NCBI GenBank assembly: GCA_963788655.1
Contig: CAWBHS010000065.1
Coordinates: 20,810-84,809 of the forward strand
From: an uncultured Verrucomicrobiae bacterium
GTDB lineage: Bacteria; Verrucomicrobiota; Verrucomicrobiia; Limisphaerales; JAFGQR01
DNA: 64,000 nucleotides
Direction: 5' to 3'
In this document: in pieces, positions 40,438 to 49,637 of the stretch
How the letters are laid out: each line of letters starts with the position of its first letter
How positions within the stretch are numbered: the first letter of the stretch is position 1
Made by a program: the position numbers and the translations under genes
Notes under the pieces: model-generated
Told to the model about the DNA's origin: nothing
Seen by the model: only the letters and a program-made list of their open reading frames with translations
The model's database searches: none

Positions 40438-41424
40438 TCAGCTTTTGCGCCGGTTCATGCGTTGACGGTATTGATCCAAAATCACCGCGGCAATGATCAC
40501 AAACCCGGTGACCAGCCGTTTGGTTTCATCCTTGGCCCCAACGGCGGCCAGCCCTGAGTTCAGCACGGCAATGATCAGTACGCCAAAAAAGGTGCTGACC
40601 ACCGAACCACGTCCGCCCATCAGGCTGGTTCCGCCGATCACGGCCGCCGCGATGGCCTGCAATTCGAAGCCGTTGCCGGCGTTAGGATTGGCCGACTGTC
40701 CCAGCCGCGCCGTGTCAATGATGGCCCCCAGGGCCACCAGAAATCCACTGATGACAAACACCGTGATCTTGATCGGCCGCGGGTCGATGCCGGACAGGCG
40801 AACGGCTTCTTCATTGGTGCCGATCGCCACCATGTATCGGCCCAGCACCGTGCGCGACAACACCAATTGGCCAGCCACCACCACCCCGATCGCCAGCAGA
40901 AACGGCAGTGACAAACCGAAGACGGAGGTTTCGGTAATCCAGGCAATCGGTGCGCCGACATAGATCGTCCGGGATTGGGTAACGAGATGCGCTCCACCGC
41001 GCGCGATTTCCATCATGCCCAGCGTGACAATGAATGACGGCAATCCCCAGCGGGTCGAGACCCAGCCATTGAAACCGCCGCACGCCAGACCGGTGGCCAG
41101 CGCCGCGACCAGCGCCAGTTCCAACGGCCAGTGCAGGCGCATCAAGCACGCGCCCATCACCGCCCCGCAGAATCCGAGCACCGATCCCACGGACAAATCA
41201 ATCCCAGCGATGATCAACACGAAGGTCATCCCCGTGGCCACGAGGACCATCGCGGGAATTTGGTTGGCGATGACCAGGAGATTCCGCGACTCGGTAAAAT
41301 GCTGGGTGCTGAGGTTGAACACCACGATCAGCAGCACCAGCGCCCCGATCAGACCGAGATACTCGACGGCCCACCCGAACCATTCGGAGCGGCGAAGCAG
41401 TTTGCGCATGAGATTCATGTTCAT
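40438..41424 (-). CDS. rbsC: Ribose-type sugar ABC transporter permease
   Basis: GIDLSVGS, PSFIVTLG, AIGTNEEAVRLSGI, ELQAIAAAVIGGTSL. Confidence 0.88.
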   Translation of the reverse strand: MNMNLMRKLLRRSEWFGWAVEYLGLIGALVLLIVVFNLSTQHFTESRNLLVIANQIPAMVLVATGMTFVLIIAGIDLSVGSVLGFCGAVMGACLMRLHWPLELALVAALATGLACGGFNGWVSTRWGLPSFIVTLGMMEIARGGAHLVTQSRTIYVGAPIAWITETSVFGLSLPFLLAIGVVVAGQLVLSRTVLGRYMVAIGTNEEAVRLSGIDPRPIKITVFVISGFLVALGAIIDTARLGQSANPNAGNGFELQAIAAAVIGGTSLMGGRGSVVSTFFGVLIIAVLNSGLAAVGAKDETKRLVTGFVIIAAVILDQYRQRMNRRKS

Positions 41425-42945
41425 TCGTGGTTGTCTTCTGAACCAATCCGGCTGAGCGCGGCGGCCATGATTTTGTCCTGCGTCCAGTCGCCGCGGCGAA
41501 AGGTCGCCGCCAGGTGTCCGGCCGACATCACGGCGATCCGGTCGCAGAGGGTGAGCAATTCCTTGAGGTCCGAAGACACCATGATGATCGCCTTGCCTTG
41601 TTCGGCCAATTGACCGAGCAACTGGTAAATCTCGAACCGCGCGCCCACGTCGATGCCGCGGGTTGGCTCGTCAAAAATCAGAACGTCGCAATTGCGGGAC
41701 AGCCATTTGGCAATGAGGACTTTTTGCTGGTTGCCCCCGCTCAACTCGTCCACCGGTTGTTCGATGGAATGGCATCGCACCGTCAACGCCCGTGCCCAGC
41801 GCGTCGCCTCACTTTGCTCGAGGAGCGAACGAATCCACGCACCCGCCCGGCTGAGTTGGCGAAGGCAAATCAGGCTGACGTTGGCCCGTACCGACAGTGG
41901 CAGTAACAAGCCTTCTTCTTTGCGGTTTTCCGGCAGCAACGCGATCCCATGGCGCACCGCGTCGCGCGGCGAGCGAATGGCAAGTGGGGTGAGCGGACCC
42001 GTGAAGATAAACCTCGCCTCCCTCCGCTACGTCCGCTCCGAACAAGGCGCGCATCGTCTCGGTGCGGCCCGCTCCCATCAATCCGGCAAATCCCAAAATC
42101 TCGCCCCGGTGGACTTCGAAGCTTACGGAACGCACGGCGGTCCCGCGATTGAGGTTCTTGACCCGCAGGGCCACCGGACCAGCTTCCTTGGTCGGGCGCT
42201 GGACGGTTTCCCCCAATTCGCGCCCGACCATCAGCCGAACCACTTCATCCTGGTTACATTCCTTCGCAGCGCGCGTGGCCACCTTATGTCCGTCGCGCAG
42301 CACGCTGACGCGGTCGCTGATGCGCTGGATTTCCTCCAGCCGATGGGAGATGTAGATGATGCCGGTGCCAGCGGCCTGCAAGCGGGCGATTTGCACAAAC
42401 AGCCGTTCGATCTCGGGATCGGTCAGCGCCGCGGTGGGTTCATCGAGAATCAGAATATCGCAGCGCTTCGAGATGCCGGCGGCGATCTCGACCAATTGCT
42501 GTTGGCCAACGCCCAGGGTTTTAACTGGGCGCGATGGATCCAAATCGCCGAGACCAACTTCCGCCAAGACTTGATGCGCTTCGGCGTGCAAGCGCGGGTA
42601 ATCAATCCATCCCCAGCGATGGGGCAACCGTTCCACGAACAGGCTCTCGGCCACCGTGAGGTTACCGATGAGATTCAACTCCTGCATCACCATCCGGATG
42701 CCGTGTTGTTCCGCGTCGGTTTTGTTGCGGGGATGATACGGAGCGCCGATCAGGTGCAGGGTGCCGGCATCGGCGGGTGTTAATCCGGCGATGATGCGGG
42801 ACAAGGTGCTCTTGCCGGCGCCGTTCTCGCCGACCAGGGCGTGGACTTCGCCGCGTTGCAGGTCGAAGTGAACCTGACTCAGCACCGGGGCCGCGTAGGA
42901 CTTGCACAGGCCCGTGATGGCCAGCAAAGAAGCGGCTTCGGCCAT
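41421..42945 (-). CDS. rbsA: Ribose-type sugar ABC transporter ATPase (two NBDs); frameshift near 41988
   Basis: GENGAGKST, LDEPTAAL, GLMGAGRTE, LSGGNQQK, DEPTRGIDVG. Confidence 0.88.
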
Positions 42946-42958
42946 GCGGCGGCAGGCG

Positions 42959-43972
42959 TTAGTTGCTCTCGGGAAGGCGTTGTTTGACGACCAAATCCAC
43001 CGGCGTTTCGCGATCAGCCGGGGCGCTTTGGTTGCGCAACATTTCGAGCGCGTACTCGATGCCATACACCGCCAGGCGGTCGGCATATTGGTCGGCCGTC
43101 GCCAGGACCTTGCCCTCTTTGACCAATTCCCGCACCGCCGCGATGTTGTCGTAGCCCACCACTTTCACCTGCCCGAGTTTGCCGGCGGCTTGCAACGCCG
43201 CCACCGCGCCGAGGGCCATGCTGTCGTTGGCGCATAGCACGGCTTTGACATCGGGATGCTCGGTGATCAGAGCCGCCACCACCTGGTTGGCTTTGTCGGT
43301 TTCCCAATAACCGGACTGCGAACTGACAATCTCCGCGCCGGCTGCCTTCATCGCGTCTTCGAAGCCGAGCTGGCGCTGGATGCCGTTAAAGGCATTGGGG
43401 GCGCCTTCAATGATCACGACCTTGTCCTTCGGTTTGAGAAAATGGGCGAGGTATTCCCCTACCTTGCGGGCGCCCTTGCGGTTATCCGGGCCGACGAACG
43501 GACACTTCACCTGGTTGGCCGCCAGCACGTCCTCGTCGAACTTGTTGTCAATGTTGACGACGATGATGCCGGCCTGCTGGGCTTTCTTGCACACGGGCAC
43601 CAGCGCCTTGGAATCCGCCGGCGCGATCACGATGGCGTTCACCTGCTGCGCCATCATTTGTTCCACCAGGTCAATCTGTTTGCCGACGTCCAGTTCGTCC
43701 TTGATGCCGTTGGCAATCAGGTCGTATTCGCCGGCATGCTGCTTTTGGTGGGCTTTGGCGCCGTTCTCCATGGTCAGGAAGAACTCATTGGCCAGCGATT
43801 TCATGACCAGCGCGATGCGCGGCTTGCCGGGAGTGCCGGCCGATTGGGTTTCCTGGCGCTGGCAACCGGTGATGCCGACGAGACCGACAAGTCCAACGAA
43901 AGCAGCGGCGCTGAGCAGCCGCCCGGTCCGGCGAGAATGGCGAGGTGTCCGTATTTCCATAGCGTTATTCAT
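42959..43972 (-). CDS. rbsB: Sugar ABC transporter substrate-binding lipoprotein (RbsB-like)
   Basis: Lipobox ITGC, KSLANEFF, CANDSMALGA, VVGYD. Confidence 0.82.
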   Translation of the reverse strand: MNNAMEIRTPRHSRRTGRLLSAAAFVGLVGLVGITGCQRQETQSAGTPGKPRIALVMKSLANEFFLTMENGAKAHQKQHAGEYDLIANGIKDELDVGKQIDLVEQMMAQQVNAIVIAPADSKALVPVCKKAQQAGIIVVNIDNKFDEDVLAANQVKCPFVGPDNRKGARKVGEYLAHFLKPKDKVVIIEGAPNAFNGIQRQLGFEDAMKAAGAEIVSSQSGYWETDKANQVVAALITEHPDVKAVLCANDSMALGAVAALQAAGKLGQVKVVGYDNIAAVRELVKEGKVLATADQYADRLAVYGIEYALEMLRNQSAPADRETPVDLVVKQRLPESN

Positions 43973-44214
43973 GGTTCGTTTTGTTAATCAGTGACCGCCC
44001 AGACATCCGACGGCCGTGGGCAACAACCGGTGATGCGACATTAAGGCGATCCCGATGCGGAAACTCAAGTGGGAAGTGCGGGCTGGCACTTTGGGTTGGG
44101 ATGCCATGAAAGACTGATTTCGCCGTGATACAAATTGTTGGTTTGCACTCGTTCGGGACCGCGGGATGCCTGTCCTACTGAATAGTCACGGCTAAGACAT
44201 CCCCACCGCCACTA

Positions 44215-44323
44215 CGAAAGCGGGAGCAAGCTCCACGCACTCCAAACGCTGCGCGAAGTTTGGCGCGGGTAGTGAGAAATTCGCGCCAGCGTTTGGAGTG
44301 CGCCCGGCTTGCCGGCGCTTTCG
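44215..44323. repeat. REP-like doublet (TGGAGTGCG family), copy 1
   Basis: cgaaagcgggagcaagctccacgcactccaaacgctg and tcgcgccagcgtttggagtgcgcccggcttgccggcgctttcg. Confidence 0.85.
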
Positions 44324-44548
44324 CCGGCAGCTTCGGGGGCAGGGTCGGAGGTGGGATCGTGGATCAGAGGGGACGAGTCGTTCGAAAGCGGCGGCGGTTC
44401 AAACCGAGCATTGCATCCGACCACTTCAAAAGAGCGACCCTATTGCCACTTGGTCCCTGGTTACTGGGCCTTCCCTGGGCCTTGGGTTTTGGTCATTGGC
44501 CATTTTTTTCCTTTCTCCTAAGGGCGTTTGCCTCTTTGCTTGCGGGCC

Positions 44549-45727
44549 ATGTCGGCGTCGTTTCAGCCACAACAGTTTATTGCCGCGACCGTGCGCAACA
44601 TCCCGCGCTCGGGTATTCGGGACTTTTTTGACATCGTCCAGGGTATGCGGGATGTCATTTCGCTCGGCGTAGGCGAACCAGACTTTGTCACGCCGTGGCA
44701 TATTCGGGAGGCAGCGATATACGCCCTCGAACGCGGCAAGACCAGTTATACGTCCAACTTGGGCCTGCTCAAACTCCGCGAAGCCATCGCGGCTTATGTT
44801 GCCCGGCAATTCGGCGTGACCTACCGCGCGCAGGACCAGGTGCTCATTGCCGTCGGGGTGAGCGAGGCCATGGACATCGCGTTCCGCGCGGTCATCAATC
44901 CGGGCGATGAAGTGATTTATCACGAACCGTGTTATGTCAGTTACGCGCCGGGCATTGCGATGACGCACGGCGTGCCGGTGGCGGTCTCGTGCCGCGCGGA
45001 AGAGGGTTTTGCGGTGACGGCCGAAGCAATCGAGCAAGTCATCACTCCGCGGAGTAAAGTGTTGGTTCTGAATTTTCCGACCAACCCGACCGGGGGCACG
45101 ATGTTGCGTGGCGAACTGGACAAGATCGCTGCCTTGGTACAACGCCACAACCTGGTAGTCATCACCGATGAGATTTATTCGGAACTGACGTTTGAAGGCG
45201 AACACGTGAGCCTCGCCGCGTTGCCGGGTATGGCGGAGCGAACGATCTTCCTGCACGGCTTTTCCAAGGCGTATGCGATGACCGGCTTTCGCATCGGTTA
45301 TGCGTGTGGACCGGTCGAACTCATCGATGCCATGATGAAGATCCATCAATACTCGATGTTGTGCGCCAGCATCATCAGCCAGGAAGCCGCGCTGGAAGCG
45401 ATTCAAGCTGGTGATCGGGATGTCGCCGAGATGCGCGACCAATACCGGTTGCGCCGGAATTACATTGTCAAAGCCCTGAACGAAATGGGCTTGAAATGCC
45501 ATTTGCCGCGCGGCTCGTTTTACGCTTTTCCCTCGATTGCCTCGACCAGGCTAACGTCCAAAGAATTTGCCGTGCGCTTGCTCGAACAGGAAAAGGTGGC
45601 TTGCGTGCCGGGCACTGCGTTTGGCCCCAGCGGCGAAGGGTATCTGCGTTGCTGTTTTGCCACGTCGCTCGAGCAAATCCAAGTGGCTATGGAACGAATG
45701 GAGCGATTCGTCAAACGGGGAGGTTGA
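44549..45727 (+). CDS. PLP-dependent aminotransferase, class I/II
   Basis: SLGVGEPDF, NFPTNPTG, TDEIYSEL, GFSKAYAMTGFRIG, VPGTAFG. Confidence 0.93.
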   Translation: MSASFQPQQFIAATVRNIPRSGIRDFFDIVQGMRDVISLGVGEPDFVTPWHIREAAIYALERGKTSYTSNLGLLKLREAIAAYVARQFGVTYRAQDQVLIAVGVSEAMDIAFRAVINPGDEVIYHEPCYVSYAPGIAMTHGVPVAVSCRAEEGFAVTAEAIEQVITPRSKVLVLNFPTNPTGGTMLRGELDKIAALVQRHNLVVITDEIYSELTFEGEHVSLAALPGMAERTIFLHGFSKAYAMTGFRIGYACGPVELIDAMMKIHQYSMLCASIISQEAALEAIQAGDRDVAEMRDQYRLRRNYIVKALNEMGLKCHLPRGSFYAFPSIASTRLTSKEFAVRLLEQEKVACVPGTAFGPSGEGYLRCCFATSLEQIQVAMERMERFVKRGG

Positions 45728-45808
45728 GGAAAGGCCGAAGGCCGAAATCCGAAGCCCGAAAGAAGGCTGAAATCCGAAATCTGAAAATTCGGAAGGGGCA
45801 GCCGAAAG

Positions 45809-45957
45809 TCGCGCCAGCGTTTGGAGTGCGCCCGGCTTGCCGGCGCTTTCGGAAGGGAAAGCAGCAACCAACCATTTCAATGGCGCTCCACTGCTCCTGG
45901 CGCGTTGCGTTTAACGAAAGCGGGAGCAAGCTCCACGCACTCCAAACGCTGGCGCGA
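45809..45957. repeat. REP-like doublet (TGGAGTGCG family), copy 2
   Basis: Both arms identical to copy 1 (43 bp and 37 bp) but in swapped order; preceded by ccgaa-type heptamers at ~45732-45790. Confidence 0.85.
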
Positions 45958-45979
45958 GGTTCGAAGAGCACAATTTCCT

Positions 45980-47156
45980 TCAGGCCGCTGCTTGCGATTC
46001 TCTCGGCGCCTGGCTTTGCACGTGGATTGGTTCCTTAAGCCCGTCCAAGCGGGCGAAGTTGTTGAACTTTTCCATTACCATTTGGGTGACTTCCGTGCCC
46101 GGTCCGGCGATCACCGTGCCGGTGGTGGTTTCGACTTTGGCGGCCAGGACATGGCCAACCCGCAGGTCTTTCAACGCAATCGCCTCGGTCGTGGAAACGA
46201 CGGCGTCCGGCAGGTAAATGTCAAATCCCACGAAGGCGGCATCCAGCACTTTGGGGTCGTACCTTCCCGTCCGGGTCCGCAGTTCCTGCAATGCCTTGAA
46301 ACGGGGCAGGCCCTTGACTTCCAGTTCGATGAGATCCGCCAGCACCTTGAGAATGCGCGCACCGGCGGGAATGTCCTCACCGGCAACGGAATCGGCCGGG
46401 AAACCGGTCCCATCAAAACTCTTGGCCTGATACAGCACAATGCGGGCGACTTTCTCCAACCGGGGGATGTTGGCCAGCAACCGGGAGCCGACTTCGGGGG
46501 TGCGCTCCAGCACATCTTTTTCCGGCCCGGTCAAACCAAAACCGGCCCGGAATTTTTGCAGCAATACAGGGGGCACCGTGACATAACCGATTTGGGACAG
46601 CATGGCGGCCAACTCCAGTTCCCAAGTCTTCTCCACGTGCAGCGATTCGGCGAACACTCGCATGTAATCGCGCAGTTTCTTTCCGACGCCGAATGATTGC
46701 GGATCGGCCATCGAAAGCACGTCGATCAGCACTTTCACGCTGCCATTGAGGGTCTTTTCCAATAGTTCCCGCTCGGCGGTAAGGAGTCGGGTACTGTCGC
46801 AAGCCTTGCTCCAGGGCGCTGCCCAGGAACTCCGGCGGACAGGGCTTGGTGAGGAATCGAAAGATGTGACCCTGGTTTACCGCTTCGATGGCGGTCTTCT
46901 GGTCGGCATTGCCCGTGAGCATGAACCGCACACTGTCGGGGGCAGCTTGCCGGGCTCGTTGCAGGAACTGGATCCCGTTCATGCCCGGCATGTTCATGTC
47001 GGCGACAATGACCGCGTAGGGCCCGTTGGCGCTCATTTGCTCCAGCGCGATTTCCCCGCCGAGAACGGTGTCGATCGTAAATTGCTTCCGCAGGCTGCGT
47101 TGATAGCCCGCGAGAATGTTGGCATCATCATCAACGCACAATATTTTCGTGCTCAT
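45980..47156 (-). CDS. Response regulator with degenerate HD-GYP-like output domain; frameshift near 46790
   Basis: REC: ILCVDDD, ADMNMPGMNG, LTG, FLTKP; output: AAMLSQIG, QAKSFDGTGFP, ARILKVLAD, YDP. Confidence 0.85.
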
Positions 47157-47229
47157 ATAACGGCTCCGTCATTCGTCCGAACCGGGTCCGGCAGTACTAA
47201 GGGGTTCATCGGCAATTCCCAAGAGTTTA

Positions 47230-48459
47230 TTACGTGTTTATCCATATTGGCGGCATTCCCCTTATGCGGCCAGGGCGGGGTCCGAAGTCTTCAGATCCGC
47301 GCCAGGTTTCAATCCGCTCGCTCAACCCCAAGTCCTTCAGATAGGCGTCGTCCAACTCGGCCGCCTCATCGCCCTGGTTCTGATGAACCAGGACATTGGC
47401 GACGTGGACCGCTGTGAGCGGACCGAAGCTGCGGTCCGGTCCCTCACCGGGGGTATGGTGCAGGGCGATAGCTTCCACCACGGGGACCGGCAATCCCCAC
47501 AGACCCAGCAAGTAGCCGCCTACTCCGGCATGCGCGGCGCCGAAGACCTGCGTCTCGGCCGCCAGAGTCGTCAAACCCGGGATGTGGAGCAATTCGAGGA
47601 CTTGCTTATATTGATCTGAGAAATTGGCGGCCAGCACCAGCTTGCCAATGTCGTGCAGCAGGCCCGCGGTAAATGCGGCATCCTGCAGCCAGCGTGGACC
47701 GTTTTCCGCGGCCACGATCAATTTGGCCCAGGCGGCGGTATCCTGGCTGTGCCCCCACAACGTTTCCAGCGACAATCCTCCGAGGGCCTTGTCCTCAAAC
47801 TGGCTGAAGGCGTGGACTGATAGAACGAGCGACTTGACGGTGTCGATCCCCAGATAGGCCACGGCTTCTTCGAGACCGGTGATATGCCGGCGCATGCCGA
47901 AGAAGGCGGAATTCACCAATTTGAGTATTTTGGCCGTCATGCCAATGTCCTTGAGGATCACGTTGCTCACTTCGTCCACGCTAACTTCCGGATCTCGCAG
48001 CTTTTCGACAATGGCGGTATAGACCGCGGGAATGCTAGGCAATTGGTCGATTCGAGAAACCAATTGTATGAGCCGCTCGCCGTTCAGCGAGGATTCCAGC
48101 GCGGTCGTCCGGTGCAGCGTGTGTTTGAGCGCCTCGGGGTCGCATGGTTTGGAAAGGTATTGGTGCGTGGAGCCGACGCACTTGAGAATCAAATCACGAT
48201 CGGCGTGGCCGGAGAGAATCAGCCGCACCGTCTTCGGGTATCGCTTCATCACCTCACTCAGCAGCTCAACGCCGTTCATGCCGGGCATGCGCATGTCCGA
48301 AACCACTACGTCAAAGGGCATTTCGGCCATCATTTCCAGCGCCTTGGCGCCGCTGTCCGCAAAGGCCATGTCCCATTCACTGCGCAGACTGCGGAGCATC
48401 CGCTGCAAGCCCTGGAGGATCATGGGTTCGTCATCAACAAAGAGCAGTCGTTTTTTCAT
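47230..48459 (-). CDS. Response regulator with HDOD domain
   Basis: LFVDDE, SDMRMPGMNG; LPSIP, ILKLVNSAFFG, AGLLHDIGKL, WGLP. Confidence 0.9.
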   Translation of the reverse strand: MKKRLLFVDDEPMILQGLQRMLRSLRSEWDMAFADSGAKALEMMAEMPFDVVVSDMRMPGMNGVELLSEVMKRYPKTVRLILSGHADRDLILKCVGSTHQYLSKPCDPEALKHTLHRTTALESSLNGERLIQLVSRIDQLPSIPAVYTAIVEKLRDPEVSVDEVSNVILKDIGMTAKILKLVNSAFFGMRRHITGLEEAVAYLGIDTVKSLVLSVHAFSQFEDKALGGLSLETLWGHSQDTAAWAKLIVAAENGPRWLQDAAFTAGLLHDIGKLVLAANFSDQYKQVLELLHIPGLTTLAAETQVFGAAHAGVGGYLLGLWGLPVPVVEAIALHHTPGEGPDRSFGPLTAVHVANVLVHQNQGDEAAELDDAYLKDLGLSERIETWRGSEDFGPRPGRIRGMPPIWINT

Positions 48460-48461
48460 AA

Positions 48462-49634
48462 TCAAGCCGCTTGGGAATTCATTTCGGCCGCGAGCGGTTC
48501 CTGCCACACGGGAAGGAACACTTCGAAAGTCGAACCCTGGCCGACCTGGCTTTGCACATTCAACCAGCCGTCATGTTGCTGAATAATCTCCGCCACGACG
48601 GCCAAGCCGAGGCCCGTGCCATGGTCGTCGATTTTGGTCGTAAAGAACGGTTCGAACAACCGGGTTCGAATTTCGGTGTTCATGCCGCAACCGGAGTCGC
48701 TCACCCGCAGACAAACAAACCGGCCCACCCGGCCCGGTGGCTCGCCCTGCGCAGTGTCACCGGTCAACGTGCGGGGTTCCACCTGAATCCGCAGCGAACC
48801 ACCGCCGGGCATGGCGTCGCGGGCGTTGAGCGCCAGGTTCAACAGCACCTGTCCCAGCATGCCGGCATCCGCCCGGATGGGCGGCGCCTCCGGAGGCAGT
48901 TCCGCGCTCATGGAAATACTTCGGGGAAACACGTGCCGGATCATCTCCGTGAAATTGCTCAGAAAGCCGGGTAACTCCAGACGCGCGTAGGTGACCTGGT
49001 TGCGGGGCTTGCCCAACGTCACCAATTGTTGGGTCAGCTTTACGGCGTCGCCGGCAGCATCATGGATTTGCTGGAACGCTTTCACGATGCCCGGGGGCAT
49101 GTCTTGGGGCCGCACCAACGCCAGGTCCGCGTTGACACTGATGATTGTCAGGATGTTCTTCAGATCGTGATACACCCCGGCGGTGCAACGCCCGATCAAC
49201 TCCAGTTGCTGCGTGTTGCGCAGGCGGGTTTCGAGCAATTCGACGCGGGTTCGCAACAGCCGCCGTTGCTCCAACGCGCCCTCGATGGCTCCCACCAGCA
49301 CCTCCGGCGCGCACGGCTTGGTCAGGAACCGGAAGATGTTCCCGTGATTGACCGCGTCAATGGCGGTTTGCACATCGGGATAACCGGTCAGCATGATGCG
49401 GATGCTGTCCGGCTGGAGTTCTTTCGCCCGCGCCAGAAACTGGACGCCGTCCATCCCCGGCATGCGCATGTCCGAAAAAATGACGGCATAATCCGGCGAA
49501 CGTTCAATGGCGGCCAGGCCGGCTTCCGGACCGAGTTGGGTTTCAATCTCGAATTGTTTGCGCAGCCGGCGGGCCACCGCCTCCAGCAGGTGCTGGTCAT
49601 CATCGACAAACAGGATCTTCTCAGTTGGCTTCAT
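48462..49634 (-). CDS. Hybrid REC-histidine kinase
   Basis: REC then GVYHDLKN H-box, QVLLNLALNARDAM, DSGCG, FEPFFTTK, GTGLGL. Confidence 0.9.
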   Translation of the reverse strand: MKPTEKILFVDDDQHLLEAVARRLRKQFEIETQLGPEAGLAAIERSPDYAVIFSDMRMPGMDGVQFLARAKELQPDSIRIMLTGYPDVQTAIDAVNHGNIFRFLTKPCAPEVLVGAIEGALEQRRLLRTRVELLETRLRNTQQLELIGRCTAGVYHDLKNILTIISVNADLALVRPQDMPPGIVKAFQQIHDAAGDAVKLTQQLVTLGKPRNQVTYARLELPGFLSNFTEMIRHVFPRSISMSAELPPEAPPIRADAGMLGQVLLNLALNARDAMPGGGSLRIQVEPRTLTGDTAQGEPPGRVGRFVCLRVSDSGCGMNTEIRTRLFEPFFTTKIDDHGTGLGLAVVAEIIQQHDGWLNVQSQVGQGSTFEVFLPVWQEPLAAEMNSQAA

Positions 49635-49637
49635 AAT

